A stretch of DNA of 64,000 bases from Raja brachyura (Eukaryota): contig OY740790.1 of the NCBI GenBank assembly GCA_963514005.1, positions 4,340,001 to 4,404,000 of the forward strand, written 5' to 3'. A program made the translations under genes and the position numbers. Positions 22,829 to 34,730 of the stretch are shown in pieces. The stretch's first letter is position 1. Each line of letters starts with the position of its first letter. The notes beneath the pieces were generated by a model. The model made no database searches, was not told the DNA's origin, and saw only the letters and a program-made list of their open reading frames with translations.

Positions 22829-23487
22829 GAAACATAGAAAAATAGGTGCAGGAGTAGGCCATTCGGCCCTTCGAGCCTGCACCGCCATTCAATGTGATCA
22901 TGGCTGATCATCCAACTCAGTATCCCGTACCTGCCTTCTCTCCATACCCCCTGATCCCTTTAGCCACAAGTGCCACATCTAACGCCCTCTTAAATATAGC
23001 CAATGAACTGGCCTCAACCACCTTCTGTGGCAGAGAATTCCAGAGACTCGCCACTCTCTGTGTAAAGAATGGTTTCCTCATCTCGGTCCTAAAGGAATTC
23101 CCCCTTATCCTTAGACTGTGACCCCTTGTTCTGGACTCCCCCAACATCGGGAACAATCTTCCAGCATCTAGCTTGTCAAACCCCTTAAGAATTTTGTAAG
23201 TTTCTATAAGATCCCCCCTCAATCTTCTAAATTCCAACGAGTACAAGCCAAGTCTATCCAGTCTTTCCTCATATGAAAGTCCTGACATCCCAGGAATCAG
23301 TCTGGTAAATCTTCTCTGTACCCCCTCTATGGCAAGAATGTCTTTCCTCAGATTTGGAGACCAAAACTGTACGCAATACTCCAGGTGTGGCCTCACCAAA
23401 ACCCTGTACAACTGCAGTAGAACCTCCCTGCTCCTATACTCAAATCCTTTCGCTATGAATGCTAACATACCATTTGCTTTCTTCACT
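22829..23487 (-). mobile_element. CR1-clade LINE 3' end (twin of 16655-17323)
   Basis: 189-aa ORF2 C-terminus with the same truncation point. Confidence 0.93.
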
Positions 23488-24253
23488 ATTTTGGAGAGAC
23501 TGCCCTTCAGCCCACCGAGTCTGTGTTGACCCCGGAATCAACACCTTGTGTATTACCTCCATCCAACACACCAGGGACAATTTACCATTTTTACCAAAGC
23601 CAATTAACCGACAAACCTGCACGTCTTTGGAGTGTGGGATGAAACCGGAGCACCCGGAGAAAACCCACGTGGTCACGGGGAGAACGTACAAACTCCATGC
23701 AAACAGCAGCCGTAGTCGGGATCGAACCCGGGTCTCTGGCGCTGTGAGGCAGCAACTCTACCGCTGCGCCACCGTGATGCCCTATAGAGTCTATACCATT
23801 TGACATTTTAATTGTGTTCCACAAAACCGTGCCAAGAACAATGACTGTGTGCGGACCAGAGCCTTCAATCCTCTGCTCCTTTGAAAGTGATGAGGTCTCG
23901 CATAACTATGCCAGAGAGACTTGGTTTGGCTTTGGAAGTGTTTTTTTTTTAATGCAGAGTTTAACACGATTTCAATCCCAGTTGTCATGACTAAACCATT
24001 AGGAATTTCATGCAAAAGCCAAAATACTGCTGGTAGTTACTTTTTTTCATTTTCCATCTGGTAAACAGACTTGCACTGATATAACACCAGTGTTAACATG
24101 GAATAATGACTGTCCTAGATCATGGTGCTGGTGGTATCTGTGCATCAATTGGCTTAGCCACAACATATATATAAGTGTGTGCATCATTTGAGGCCATTGC
24201 TAAAAAGGGCTGAAAGATCAGTTCACAATTTGAGACACAAAATGCCAGAGTAA

Positions 24254-24562
24254 AGGGGCTGTCCCACTGTACGAGGTAATTCAAGAGTTCTCCCGAGTTT
24301 CCCCTGATTCGAAATCGTAGAATTACGGTAATAGCCGCTCGTAGCTACTTGGGGACTCTCGTGGACATTTTTCACAGTGCTGAAAAATCTTCACCAGCTT
24401 ACCGCGGTTCCAGAGTACCTGCCGTTAGCGTTACGAGCCGCTAAGAGACGTCCCGAGCTCCGACGTACCCGCTACGTACATTCTACGTACTTACCACGAG
24501 TTTGATTTTTTTTTAAACTCGGGAGAGTTCTTGCATAAACTCGTATTAGTGGGACAGGCCCT
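24254..24562. mobile_element. PIF/Harbinger-like MITE
   Basis: Inserted into the known motif gagTAActcagc with TAA duplicated; TIR agg(g/c)ctgtcccact. Confidence 0.88.
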
Positions 24563-25512
24563 TAACTCAGCAGGACAGGTAGCATTTCTGGAGAGACGGA
24601 ATAGATGACGTTTTTGGTCAGATCCCTTCTTCAGAAAACAAGTGCAGGAGTAACTCAGTCCGAAGAAGGGTCTCTACCCGAAACATCACCCATTCCTTCT
24701 CTCCAGAGATGCCGCCTGTCCCGCTGAGTTACTCCAGCATTTTGAGTCTAGCTGCCAGATTTTCTTCCCTCTGGCCATATTGTTTAAGAATAGATGGTCA
24801 GCTGTTGGCCTGGAGATATCACTTTCTCAGCCCTTGTGCTGCCGTAAGACAGCATCTGCAGTTCCTCCTTGCTCGGCTTCGCAGTTTGTGCACAATTGCC
24901 ATTTTTCCTCCATTGGAGACCCGGGGCAGCATGGTGGCACAGCGGTAGAGCTGCTGCCTTGCAGCAACAAAGTCCCAGGTTCGATCCTGACTCCGGGTGC
25001 CGTCTGCACGGAGTTGGGAGAGCTCTGCCTACTTGAAGTTGTTCAGCACCCTACCAAGTATTCTTGACCAAGTATTGTGACAAATTCCTGATTGGAACGG
25101 GTGTCGAGGGTTATGGGGAGAAGGCAGGAAAATGGGACGAGGAGGCAGAGATCAGCCATGATTGAATGGCGGAGTGGACTTGATGGGCCGAATGGCCTAA
25201 TTCTAGTCCTATAACTTGTGAGCTTGTATCTCCAAAAATGCTCATCATTTTGCTTGCTAACTTCAGCTGGATATTTTGCAGAAACCCATTGCTGTTTAGC
25301 TAATTTTGTGCCCTGACCTGTTGCTTTGCAGGAAGTAAAGAATGCAGTGTTATGTTTACTGAACGTCCCCATGGAAGGTTATGCACTGATTTTAATCCCC
25401 ATGATGGCACCGCAGGGAACTGCAGGTGTTGGTCTGCAATAAGAGGACAAGTGCTGGAGTGAAATTCGGCGGGTCAGCCAGCGTCTCTGGGGAACGTGCC
25501 TAGGTGATGTGA

Positions 25513-25804
25513 AGGGCCTGTCCCACTGTACGAGGTAATTCAAGAGTTCATTCTCCCGAGTTTCCCCTGATTCGAACTCGGAGAATTACGGCAATGGCCG
25601 CTCGTGGGTACATGGGGCTCTCGTGGACATTTTTCACAGTGACCCCGTTTCCCGAGTACCTGCCGTTAACATCACGAGCCGCCACGAGACATCCCCGAGC
25701 TCCGACGTAGCCACTACGTACATTCTACGTACTTACAACGAGTTTGATTTTTTTTTTTAACTCGGGAGAGCTCTTGAATTACCTCGTACAGTGGGACAGG
25801 CCCT
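25513..25804. mobile_element. PIF/Harbinger-like MITE (same subfamily as 24254)
   Basis: Long TIR agggcctgtcccactgtacgaggtaattcaagag. Confidence 0.88.
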
Positions 25805-27594
25805 TTATGGGTCGGGACTTCTTCAAATTGACTCGGGAGGGGTGGAGAAACGCTGGAAGGGGGGGCAAGACTAATCCTGGCAAGTGATACAGGTGAGGCT
25901 GGGGGGGAGGCTGGGGGGGGGGGGGGGGGGTTGATAGGCAGATGGTTGGATCAGGGCCAGAGATGAAAAGACAAAAGGTGTGAGATGAAGATAGGAGGCA
26001 CAAATTGTGAAGCCAGAGGAAGGAATGTAGGTGCAAGCAGGTGGGGGAAGGGGTGAAGAGGCCACAAATCCAGGTGGGACACGGGGAAGAGGGGGTGGAA
26101 TGTAACCAAACTACCAAAATTGATAGTCCTTGCTTTTCTCCCTCCTTCCCCTCGCCCTTCCCGGCTGTCCCACAAAGCCTACTCTCTCCGCCTCTTCCCT
26201 CTCTTTCCCCTCCCCCCCCCCCCCCAACATCAGTCTGAAGCAGTATCTTTGGTCTGAAGAAAGGTCTCGACCCGAAACGTCGCCTATTCAACCTCTCCAT
26301 AGATGCTGTCTCACCCACTGAGTTTCTCCAGCATTTTTTGTCTACCGACTAAAATTAGTAGGTTACTTACCTAAACTTGGAGAATTCAATGTGTAGCAAG
26401 GAACTGCAGATGCTGGTTTATAGCGAAGATAGGTGCAAAATGCTGGAGTAACTCAGCGGGTCTGGCACCATCTCCATAGAGAAGGAATTGGTGACATTTC
26501 GGGACAGGACGTCTGAAGAAGGGTACCAACCCAAGATGTCACCAATTCCTCTCTCCACAGATGCTGCCTGGCCTCTAGAGTTACTCCAGCACTTTGCGTC
26601 TGTCTTTGGAGAACTTGAAGTTGGGTTGTGAGCTACCCTAGCGCAATTTGAGATGCCGTTCCTCCATTTTGGGGTGAGGACCTGTGGAATTTTGCGTCCA
26701 TTTTCATTTTCTAATACGTATGTGTGAACTTCATGCTCTCTATCTCAGGAGCATTTCGCTCCTTACATTTTTCTTTTAAAACACAAGACTTGCTCAAAGT
26801 TGATTGCGGATTTTTGTGAGCTCTGGGGGATTTTGAAATGTCTGCACAGCAGATGCTCGATGCATTAGGCAGCGCATGCACAGGAAGTGCCTGGGCTAGG
26901 GGGGGCTTTATGACGTTACACCGGGCAGTGAGTGGTAAATGGTCTACTGGTGCCAAAGGAGGATAGATATCTGGATTGGCATGGCTTAGAACATTAGAAC
27001 AACCCTCTGCCACTGCCACTGATTTCCCAGGGACCACAAAGGAAAAATGCACTCCACTAATCCCTCTGTGTGCTTTATATCTGTCTGTTAAGGTGATCAG
27101 ATTTGTCAAATATTGAATTGCATTTCAACAGTGGAGTCTTTAGGTTTATAGAGTCAAGCGTGAATCTGTTAAAGCAGAAGTATTTTCGTGCCAGGAACAA
27201 ACTACACATGCTTTGACTGAAGACAACTCTCATTTGTTAAATGTCAAAAATATTCTGCTGCTTTTTAAGTATTTTTCCCCAACAAGGTAGGGTGGCGCAG
27301 CGGTAGAGTTGCTGCCTCGCAGCGCTGGAGACACGGGTTCAATCCTGACAACGGTTGCTGTTTGTACAGAGTTTGTACGTTCTCCCCGTGTCCCGCGTGG
27401 GTTTTCTCCGGGTGCTCTGGTTTCCTCCCACACTCCAAAGACGTACAGGTTTGTAGGATAATTGGCTTTGATAAAAAGTCCCCAGTGTGTAGGATAGTGC
27501 AGGTATACAGGTGAATGCTGGTCGGCGTGGACTCGGTGGGCCAAAGGGCCCGTTGCCACACTGGATCTCAAAACAAAAACACTTGAGATTTAAT

Positions 27595-29962
27595 CGTTCT
27601 TCCACGGGAACAAGTCCCCGCCCCCCACTGATGATCCCTTTTCCTGTCTCCCACGAAACCCTCCTCGTGGACCCCCCCCCTCGTGGCCCTCCAGCTTTAG
27701 AACTCTTTATACAGAACTGCCGTCGGGACATCAACCGCCTTGACTTCTCCACTCCCCTGTCTCACTCCAATCTCCCCCCCTCCGAACGTACTGCCATCGA
27801 CTCACTCCGCAACAACCCAGACTGGGTTATCAAACCCGCCGACAAGGGAGGTGCCGTGGTAGTCTGGCGCGTCGATCTCTATATAGCGGAGGCCATGCGC
27901 CAACTCTCGGACACCTCCTACTTACCCTTGGACCATGACCCCACTGACGAGCACCAGGCCACCATCTCGAGCACCATAACCGACTTCATCAACTCCGGCT
28001 CCCTACCCCCCCCGAGCCTCCAACCTCATCGTTTCCCAGCCCCGCACGGCCCGATTTTACCTTCTCCCCAAAATCCACAAACCCGACTGCCCCGGCAGAC
28101 CCATTGTCTCTGCCTGTTCGTGCCCCACCGAACACATTTCCACATACCTTGACTCCATCCTATCCCCCTTTGTTAAATCCCTCCCCACCTATGTTCAAGA
28201 CACCTCAGACACTCTCCGTCGGCTCCGCGCATTCCATTTCCCCAGGCCCCCATCCTCTCATCTTCACCATGGATGTCCAGTCCCGATACACCTGCATCCC
28301 CCACCAGGATGGTCTCAAAGCCCTCCGGTACTTCCTTGACCAGAGGAGCAACCCATACCCGTCCACTGACACCCTCCTTCGCCTAGCGGAGTTGGTCCTT
28401 ACCCTCAACAACTTCTCTTTTGACTCCTCCCATTTCCTCCAAACACAAGGTGTAGCTATGGGCACACGCATGGGCCCCAGCTACGCCTGCCTCTTTGTCG
28501 GGCACGTCGAACAATCCTTGTTCTCGGCGTACCAGGGCCCCACCCCCGACCTTTACCTCCGTTACATTGACGACTGCTTTGGTGTCACCTCCTGCACCCA
28601 CGCAGAACTGACTGACTTAATCCATTTCACCACCAACTTCCATCCGGCACTCAAATACACTTGGACCATTTCCGACATTTCCCTACCATTCCTTGACCTC
28701 ACCATCTCTATTGCAGGTGATACACTCCTGACCGACATCCACTACAAACCCACTGACTCCCACAGCTACCTGGACTACTCTTCCTCCCACCCTGCTTCCT
28801 GTAAGGACTCCATCCCCTATTCCCAATTCCTCCGTCTATGCCGCATCTGCTCCCAGGATGAGGTGTTCCACACCAGGTCATCACAAATGTCCTCATTCTT
28901 CAGAGAACGGGTTTTCCCCTCCCCCACTATAGATGGGGCTCGCACCAGGGTCTCCTCCATACCCCGCAACACTGCCCTCTCTCCCCATTCCCCCACTCAC
29001 AACAAGGGCAGAGTCCCCCTGGTCCTCACCTTTCACCCCACCAGCCGGCACATACAACACATACATTCCTCTGCCAGTTTCGCCACCTCCAACGTGACCC
29101 CTCCACTCGCCACATCTTCCCATCTCCCCCCCTGTCTGCCTTCCGCAAAGACCGCTCCCTCCGCAATTCCCTTGTCAATTCTTCCCTTCCCTCCCGCTCC
29201 ACCCCTTCCCCGGGCACTTTCCCTTGCAACCGCAAGAGATGCTACACTTGTCCCTTCACCTCCCCCCTCCACTCCTTTCAGGGACCCAAGCAGTCATTCC
29301 AAGTCCGACAGAGGTTCACCTGCACCTCCTCCAACCTCATCTACTGCATCCGTTGCTCCAGATGCCAGCTGATCTATATCAGTGAGACCAAGCGGAGGCT
29401 GGGCGATCGTTTCGCCGAACACCTCCGCTCGGTCCGCAATAACCAACCCGACCTCCCGGTGGCTCAGCACTTCAACTCCCCCTCCCATTCCGTATCCGAC
29501 CTCTCGGTCCTGGGCCGCCTCCACGGCCAGAGTGAGCAACACCGCAAGTTGGAGGAACAGCACCTCATATTCCGCTTGGGGAGTCTGCATCCTCTGGGCT
29601 TAAACATTGAATTTTCTCAATTCTGTTAACCCTGGCTGCCTCCTCCCCTTCCCACCTCTCCCTCAGCCCTCGGGCCCTGGCATTCCTTCTCTCTCTATCT
29701 CTCCCCCACCCAAGTCGCACTAGCTTCTCATTTTCACACTACAAACAGCTCACAATGGCCTGTTTCCTTTATCATCGATACTTTTTTGCATATCTTTCAT
29801 TCATTGTTCTTTATCTCTCCACATCACTGTCTATATCTCTCGTTTCCCTGATCCCTGACCAGTCTGAAGAAGGGTCTCGACCCGAAACGTCACCTATCTC
29901 CTTCGCTCCTTAGATGCTGCTGCACCCGCTGAGTTTCCCCAGCTTTTTGTGTAACCCCCCCC
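27595..29962 (+). mobile_element. 5'-truncated Penelope-like retroelement (Neptune-type), RT plus GIY-YIG endonuclease, frameshifted, with 3' hammerhead motif
   Basis: KPADKGGAVV, GVAMGTRMGPSYACLF, YLRYIDD, FLDL, CNRKRCYTC linker, NLIYCIRC..IYI(S)ET..RFAEH; TSD tgagatttaat 27584-27594 / 29963-29973. Confidence 0.93.
29864..29894 (+). ncRNA. Minimal type I hammerhead ribozyme motif in the PLE pLTR (representative of many copies)
   Basis: CUGAAGA-a-GGGU(CUCG)ACCC-GAAA-C-GUC^; palindromic ACGU stem III without a loop; very short stem I. Confidence 0.7.
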
Positions 29963-30464
29963 TGAGATTTAATATTGTTTGCCTTTTATTCCTTGACAGA
30001 TCTAAGTATGATTAAGCCAACCCCTTGTCCCCTGTGTTGTTCAAATGAATGGGTGTAATTGCCTTGGACCCTCCCCCACCTGCCCTTCACTTCTGGAGTA
30101 ATAGAATCAAGCTCATAACCTTTGGAAACATCTTCCTTTAGTTTAGTTTCTACAAGTGGGGTTCAATTCAATGCAGATTTAACTTTCTCCTGTGAAGCAT
30201 TATCTTGTCCATCACTCGGGTTTCATCAACATATTTCATTTCTTGAACTGTCAACAGTTTCATGTTGACAGCAAAGTTGGAGCTTGTGTGCATTGGCAAT
30301 GTAGCTCTTTCATGTGAGCAAGACACCAGCCAGACCATGAAGGAACAGAGTGCTGGAGTAACTCAGCGGGTCGAGCAGCATCTCTGGAGAACATGGGTGG
30401 GTGACGTTTTCGTTCGGGACCCTTCTTCAGCACTAGATATCAACGAGTTCTGGACTCACCATGA

Positions 30465-30990
30465 CATAGAAACATAGAAAATAGATGCAGGAGTTGGCCA
30501 TTCGGCCCTTCAAGCCAGCACCACCTTTAAATATGATCATGGCTGATCATCCAAATCAATACTCCGTTCCTGCTATCTCACCATATCCCTTGATTCAGTT
30601 TGCCATGAGAGCCACATTCAACTCTCTCTTGAAAACATCCAGTGAATTGGCCTCCACTACCTTCTGTGGCAGAGAACTCCACAGATATTCTGTGTGAAAA
30701 GGTTTTCCCTCATCTCAGTCCTAAATGGCCTAACCCTTATTCTTAATCTGTGACCCCTGGTTCTGGGCTCCCCCAACATCGGGAACATTGTTGCTGCATC
30801 TAGACTGTTCAATCCTTTAAGAATTTTATATGTTTCTATGATCCATGCTCATCCTTCTCAATTCCAGCGAATATAAGCCCAGTCGACCCATTCCTTCATC
30901 ATATGTCAGTCCCGCCATCCCAGGAATTTACCTGGTGAACCTACGCTGCAATCCCTCAATAGCAAGAATGTCCTTCCTCAAATTAGGAAA
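30465..30990 (-). mobile_element. CR1-clade LINE 3' end
   Basis: Degenerate ORF2 C-terminus and (catagaaa)n tail. Confidence 0.85.
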
Positions 30991-31704
30991 GGTGCAGAAG
31001 TTTGAAAACGCACACCTCCAGATTCAGGGACAGTTTCTTCCCAGCTGTTATCAGGCAACTGAATTATCCTACCACAACCAGAGAGCAGTGCTGAACTACT
31101 GTGGCAAACTGGCTCCATTTCATCTGCCGAGTGAGTGCACAATACCCCTGCTGCCAGGCATGGATGAGAGAAACAGCCCACAGCATCGGGCCATGGCCGG
31201 CAGCTGCTAGAGGTGGAAACTCTAACCTTCGTGGAGTAAATCAATAACCAATGCAAGGAGTTTTCATAAGCCGGAGATAAAGGACAGCGCCACGCAGACT
31301 TACAAGAGGAGATCTAAGGTAGATCTGAATCTGTTAATAGAACAAGATAAAAGGTGGAGTGACTCAGCGGGTCTTATTATTAAACTGTGACCCCTGGTTC
31401 TGGACTCCCCCTACATCGGGAACATAGGGACGTAGGGCTCTTCTGCCACCTCTGAGCTTTTATGGGGGAGAATCCTATCCATCCAGTGACAACCTGTCTC
31501 CAACATTCCCCCACCTCTTCCCACCCCCCAGCCCCTACACAGCCTTCTATCCTCTCTGGACTTTTTTCTATCCACTGTGGGTGCAACAACGGTCTTGGCT
31601 TCTCTACTCCCCTGGCCCACTCAAACCGGAAAGGTCCCGACCTGAAACTACAGCCTTTTCGTTTAGGACCCTTTTTCCAGTCCGACATTAAATGTACCCA
31701 CCCA

Positions 31705-31930
31705 GACATGTCACCTATCCATGTTCTCCACAGATGCTGCCTGACCCGCTGAGTTACTCTAGCACTCTGTGAAACGTCACCTATCCATGTTCTCCAGAGA
31801 TGCTGCCTGACCCGCTGAGTTACTCCAGCACTCTGTGAAACGTCACCTATCCATGTTCTCCACAGATGCTGCCTGACCCGCTGAGTTACTCCAGCACTCT
31901 GTGAAACGTCACCTATCCATGTTCTCCACA
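31705..31930 (+). repeat. 66-bp tandem array derived from PLE pLTR (~3.4 units)
   Basis: Unit tgaaacgtcacctatccatgttctccacagatgctgcctgacccgctgagttactccagcactctg at 31770, 31836, 31902. Confidence 0.92.
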
Positions 31931-32940
31931 TAGGGAAAATATACATAATATAAGTTTAATAATAATATAATATAAATATACATTCAGTTTTGGACTAATC
32001 ATGCTTTTTTGTTGTTGATGGGGTGAGAAAAAGTAAATCTCTGAGGCTGGGCAAATATCCATGGGTCAGGCAAACTAGTTTAAATTGGACAAATTGCATC
32101 TTCACTTCAAATGAAATAAATTGGCTTGTGTAACCGTTGCTTAATCTTCAACTTGAACTCGTTTCCAGCATCTGCAGACTTCTTTGAATTAAAAAAAATA
32201 TTTTAAAATAGGGTTCGACTTTGTCAAAGTTTCACTCGTAAACCCAACATTTTGCATCTTTGAACCATGAATTGGAGACCCAAAAATCTCTGTCGAACTG
32301 GTTATCAAATGTACCAAGTGCTCCCGGAATGACACCAGCACTTGGGAACATTTTCATTGCAATTCTTCACTTTTCCTTCAAATTCGATTTTTTTTTAAAA
32401 ACAAAGGTCCAGCTTGTGAACTTTAAACAGCATTTTTTTTAATTTTTAAAATCCTTCGCAGGTTTCCTTCTTGGTTTGAGGGTTACTCGGATGTCTCAAT
32501 CCGATCTTCTTTGTTGCAACAAAGAGGTGCTTGTGTGAAATCCCAGTGAAGGCTGCTCAAAATATGAAGTAGCTTTCTGGAACTGCGGAGTTACGTCTCT
32601 CCCCCCCCCCCCCCCACCCTCTTTAAAGTGGGAGTCACTCAGTCTGTGTGGAGCACTGTGTCGATTAAAGCAGCTCAGCAGTTTACTTCCGTCAATTGTC
32701 CCCGGGCATCTCCCAGTCACTATCGGAAAAGGGAATTTCATCTGTCATATTGCCTGTCATATTCCGGGACTCAGCCCCGTGGAGCTTTGGTTTACCAGGG
32801 AGAGTTTGCTTTGAACCAGGAGTGTGGGCTATCTGCTGGATCCAGACCCTGTCTGTATCTGCAAAATGACTTGCTCAGAATCAACTCTGCTTGCTTCCGA
32901 CTATGGTCTGTGAGGCAAATGCAAAATATGGTCCAAAAGC

Positions 32941-32961
32941 ATGGCTTATTTTCCTATGTTG
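32941..32961 (+). CDS. Candidate alternative first coding mini-exon (MAYFPML, phase 0), possibly RGL1
   Basis: Strong Kozak agcATGG and donor TTG|GTGAGT at 32962, at the end of a repeat-free region with promoter-like motifs (ACTTCCG ETS, GAGTCA, GGGAATTTC). Confidence 0.35.
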
Positions 32962-33599
32962 GTGAGTACATCTGACTGGAGATGTGTCTTTTAAATACTT
33001 TAACCGGACTACATCTATAATTGTTGAAATGAGCAATGCACTTTGGTTGTTTTTAACACTATGCATAAGCAGGGCCATCGTTTAAAATGGAATTGATTTT
33101 TGTGGTACTTTTTAATTATGGCATGGCTTGTTCTATCTTTTGACATTTTATAAATATTCTGAGGTTTACTCATGGTCAGCTGCCTGTCACTAGGAAAGTT
33201 AGGAGTGCGTTACTGTCATATGTCCCGGATAGGACAATGAAATTCTTACTTGCAGCAGCGCAACAGAATATGTAAGCATAGTACACTGTAAACAATATGA
33301 CAAAAGAGGGAAAAAAAGACCAGTGCGTGTATGTATGTGTGTTGGGACTGAGAGGAGGAAAAACTTCTTCACCCAGAGAGTTGTGAATCTGAGGAATTCT
33401 CTGCCACAGAAGGCAGTGGAGGCCAATTCACTGGATGTTTTCAGAAGAGAATTGGATTTAGCTCTTAGCGCTAACAGAAGCAGGGGATATGGGGAGAAAG
33501 TAGGAACGGGGTATTGATTGGGGATGATCAGCCATTATCATATTGAATGGCCGTGCTGGTTCGAAGCGCCAAATGGCCTACTCCTGCACCTATTTTCTA

Positions 33600-33706
33600 T
33601 GTGTATTTATATATATATATGTGTGTGTGCGTGTGTGTATATGTATATATATATGTGTATGTATATGTAATACATGTGCATATGTGTGTATCACACACAC
33701 ACACAC
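33600..33706. repeat. Compound TA/TG/CA microsatellite
   Basis: Directly visible. Confidence 0.9.
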
Positions 33707-34355
33707 TAAATAATATTGCAAAAAGACAAAACTAATGCCCCCAAGTCTACGTATGTAGTTGTGAGGTTTCCTTATCTGATTTGACTGAAGCTAAATGATG
33801 TTGAAAGTGTTATTTCTGAATCGAGATCTTGGTTCTGACTGCCTGGCCAACCTTTAGCGGTCAGTGCTGAGTTTTGAGGATAAGGGGGAAGTCTTTTAGG
33901 ACCGAGATGAGAAAAACATTTTTCACACAGAGAGTGGTGAATCTCTGGAATTCTCTGCCACAGAGGGTATGGCAAGTTGAGGCCAGTTCATTGGCTATAT
34001 TTAAGAGGGAGTTAGATGTGGCCCTTGTGGCTAAAGGAATCAGGGGGTATGGAGAGAAGGCAGGTACGGGATACTGAGTTGGATGATCAGCCATGTTCAC
34101 ATTGAATGGCGGTGCAGGCCCGAAGGGCTGAATGGCCTACTCCTGCACCTATTTTCTATGTTTCTATGAAACTCTATGATGCAAGTGGTATTTGAAAGCG
34201 TAAATGCAAACTTGAATCATGGAGTGCATATTCTCGTATTGCCGACAAACGAGGAGCTGCAGATGTTGGTGTACAAAGAAAAGACACAAAGTGCTGGAGT
34301 AACTGGTCAAACAACATCTCTGGGGCACATGGGTAGGTGATGTTTTGTGTCTGAT

Positions 34356-34730
34356 CTGAGGAAGGGTCTCAACTCGAAACGTCACCTGCCCATGTTCTCC
34401 ACAGATGCTGCATGACCCGCTGAGTTACTCCAGCTCTCTGTGAAACGTCACCTATCCATGTTCTCCACAGATGCTGCCTGACCCGCTGAGTTACTCCAGC
34501 ACTCTGTGAAACGTCACCTGCCCATGTTCTCCACAGATGCTGCATGACCCGCTGAGTTACTCCAGCACTCTGTGAAACGTCACCTATCCATGTTCTCCAC
34601 AGATGCTGCCTGACCCGCTGAGTTACTCCAGCACTCTGAAACGTCACCTATCCATGTTCTCCACAGATGCTGCCTGACCCGCTGAGTTACTCCAGCACTC
34701 TGTGAAACGTCACCTATCCATGTTCTCCAC
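34356..34730 (+). repeat. 66-bp tandem array (~5.4 units) headed by a full hammerhead core
   Basis: CUGAGGA 34356-34362; units at 34375, 34441, 34507, 34573, 34637, 34703. Confidence 0.92.

Noticed and set aside
28104-29372. 422-aa ORF as an intact gene
   Set aside because: Fragment of a 5'-truncated, multiply frameshifted Penelope-like RT; not an autonomous element.
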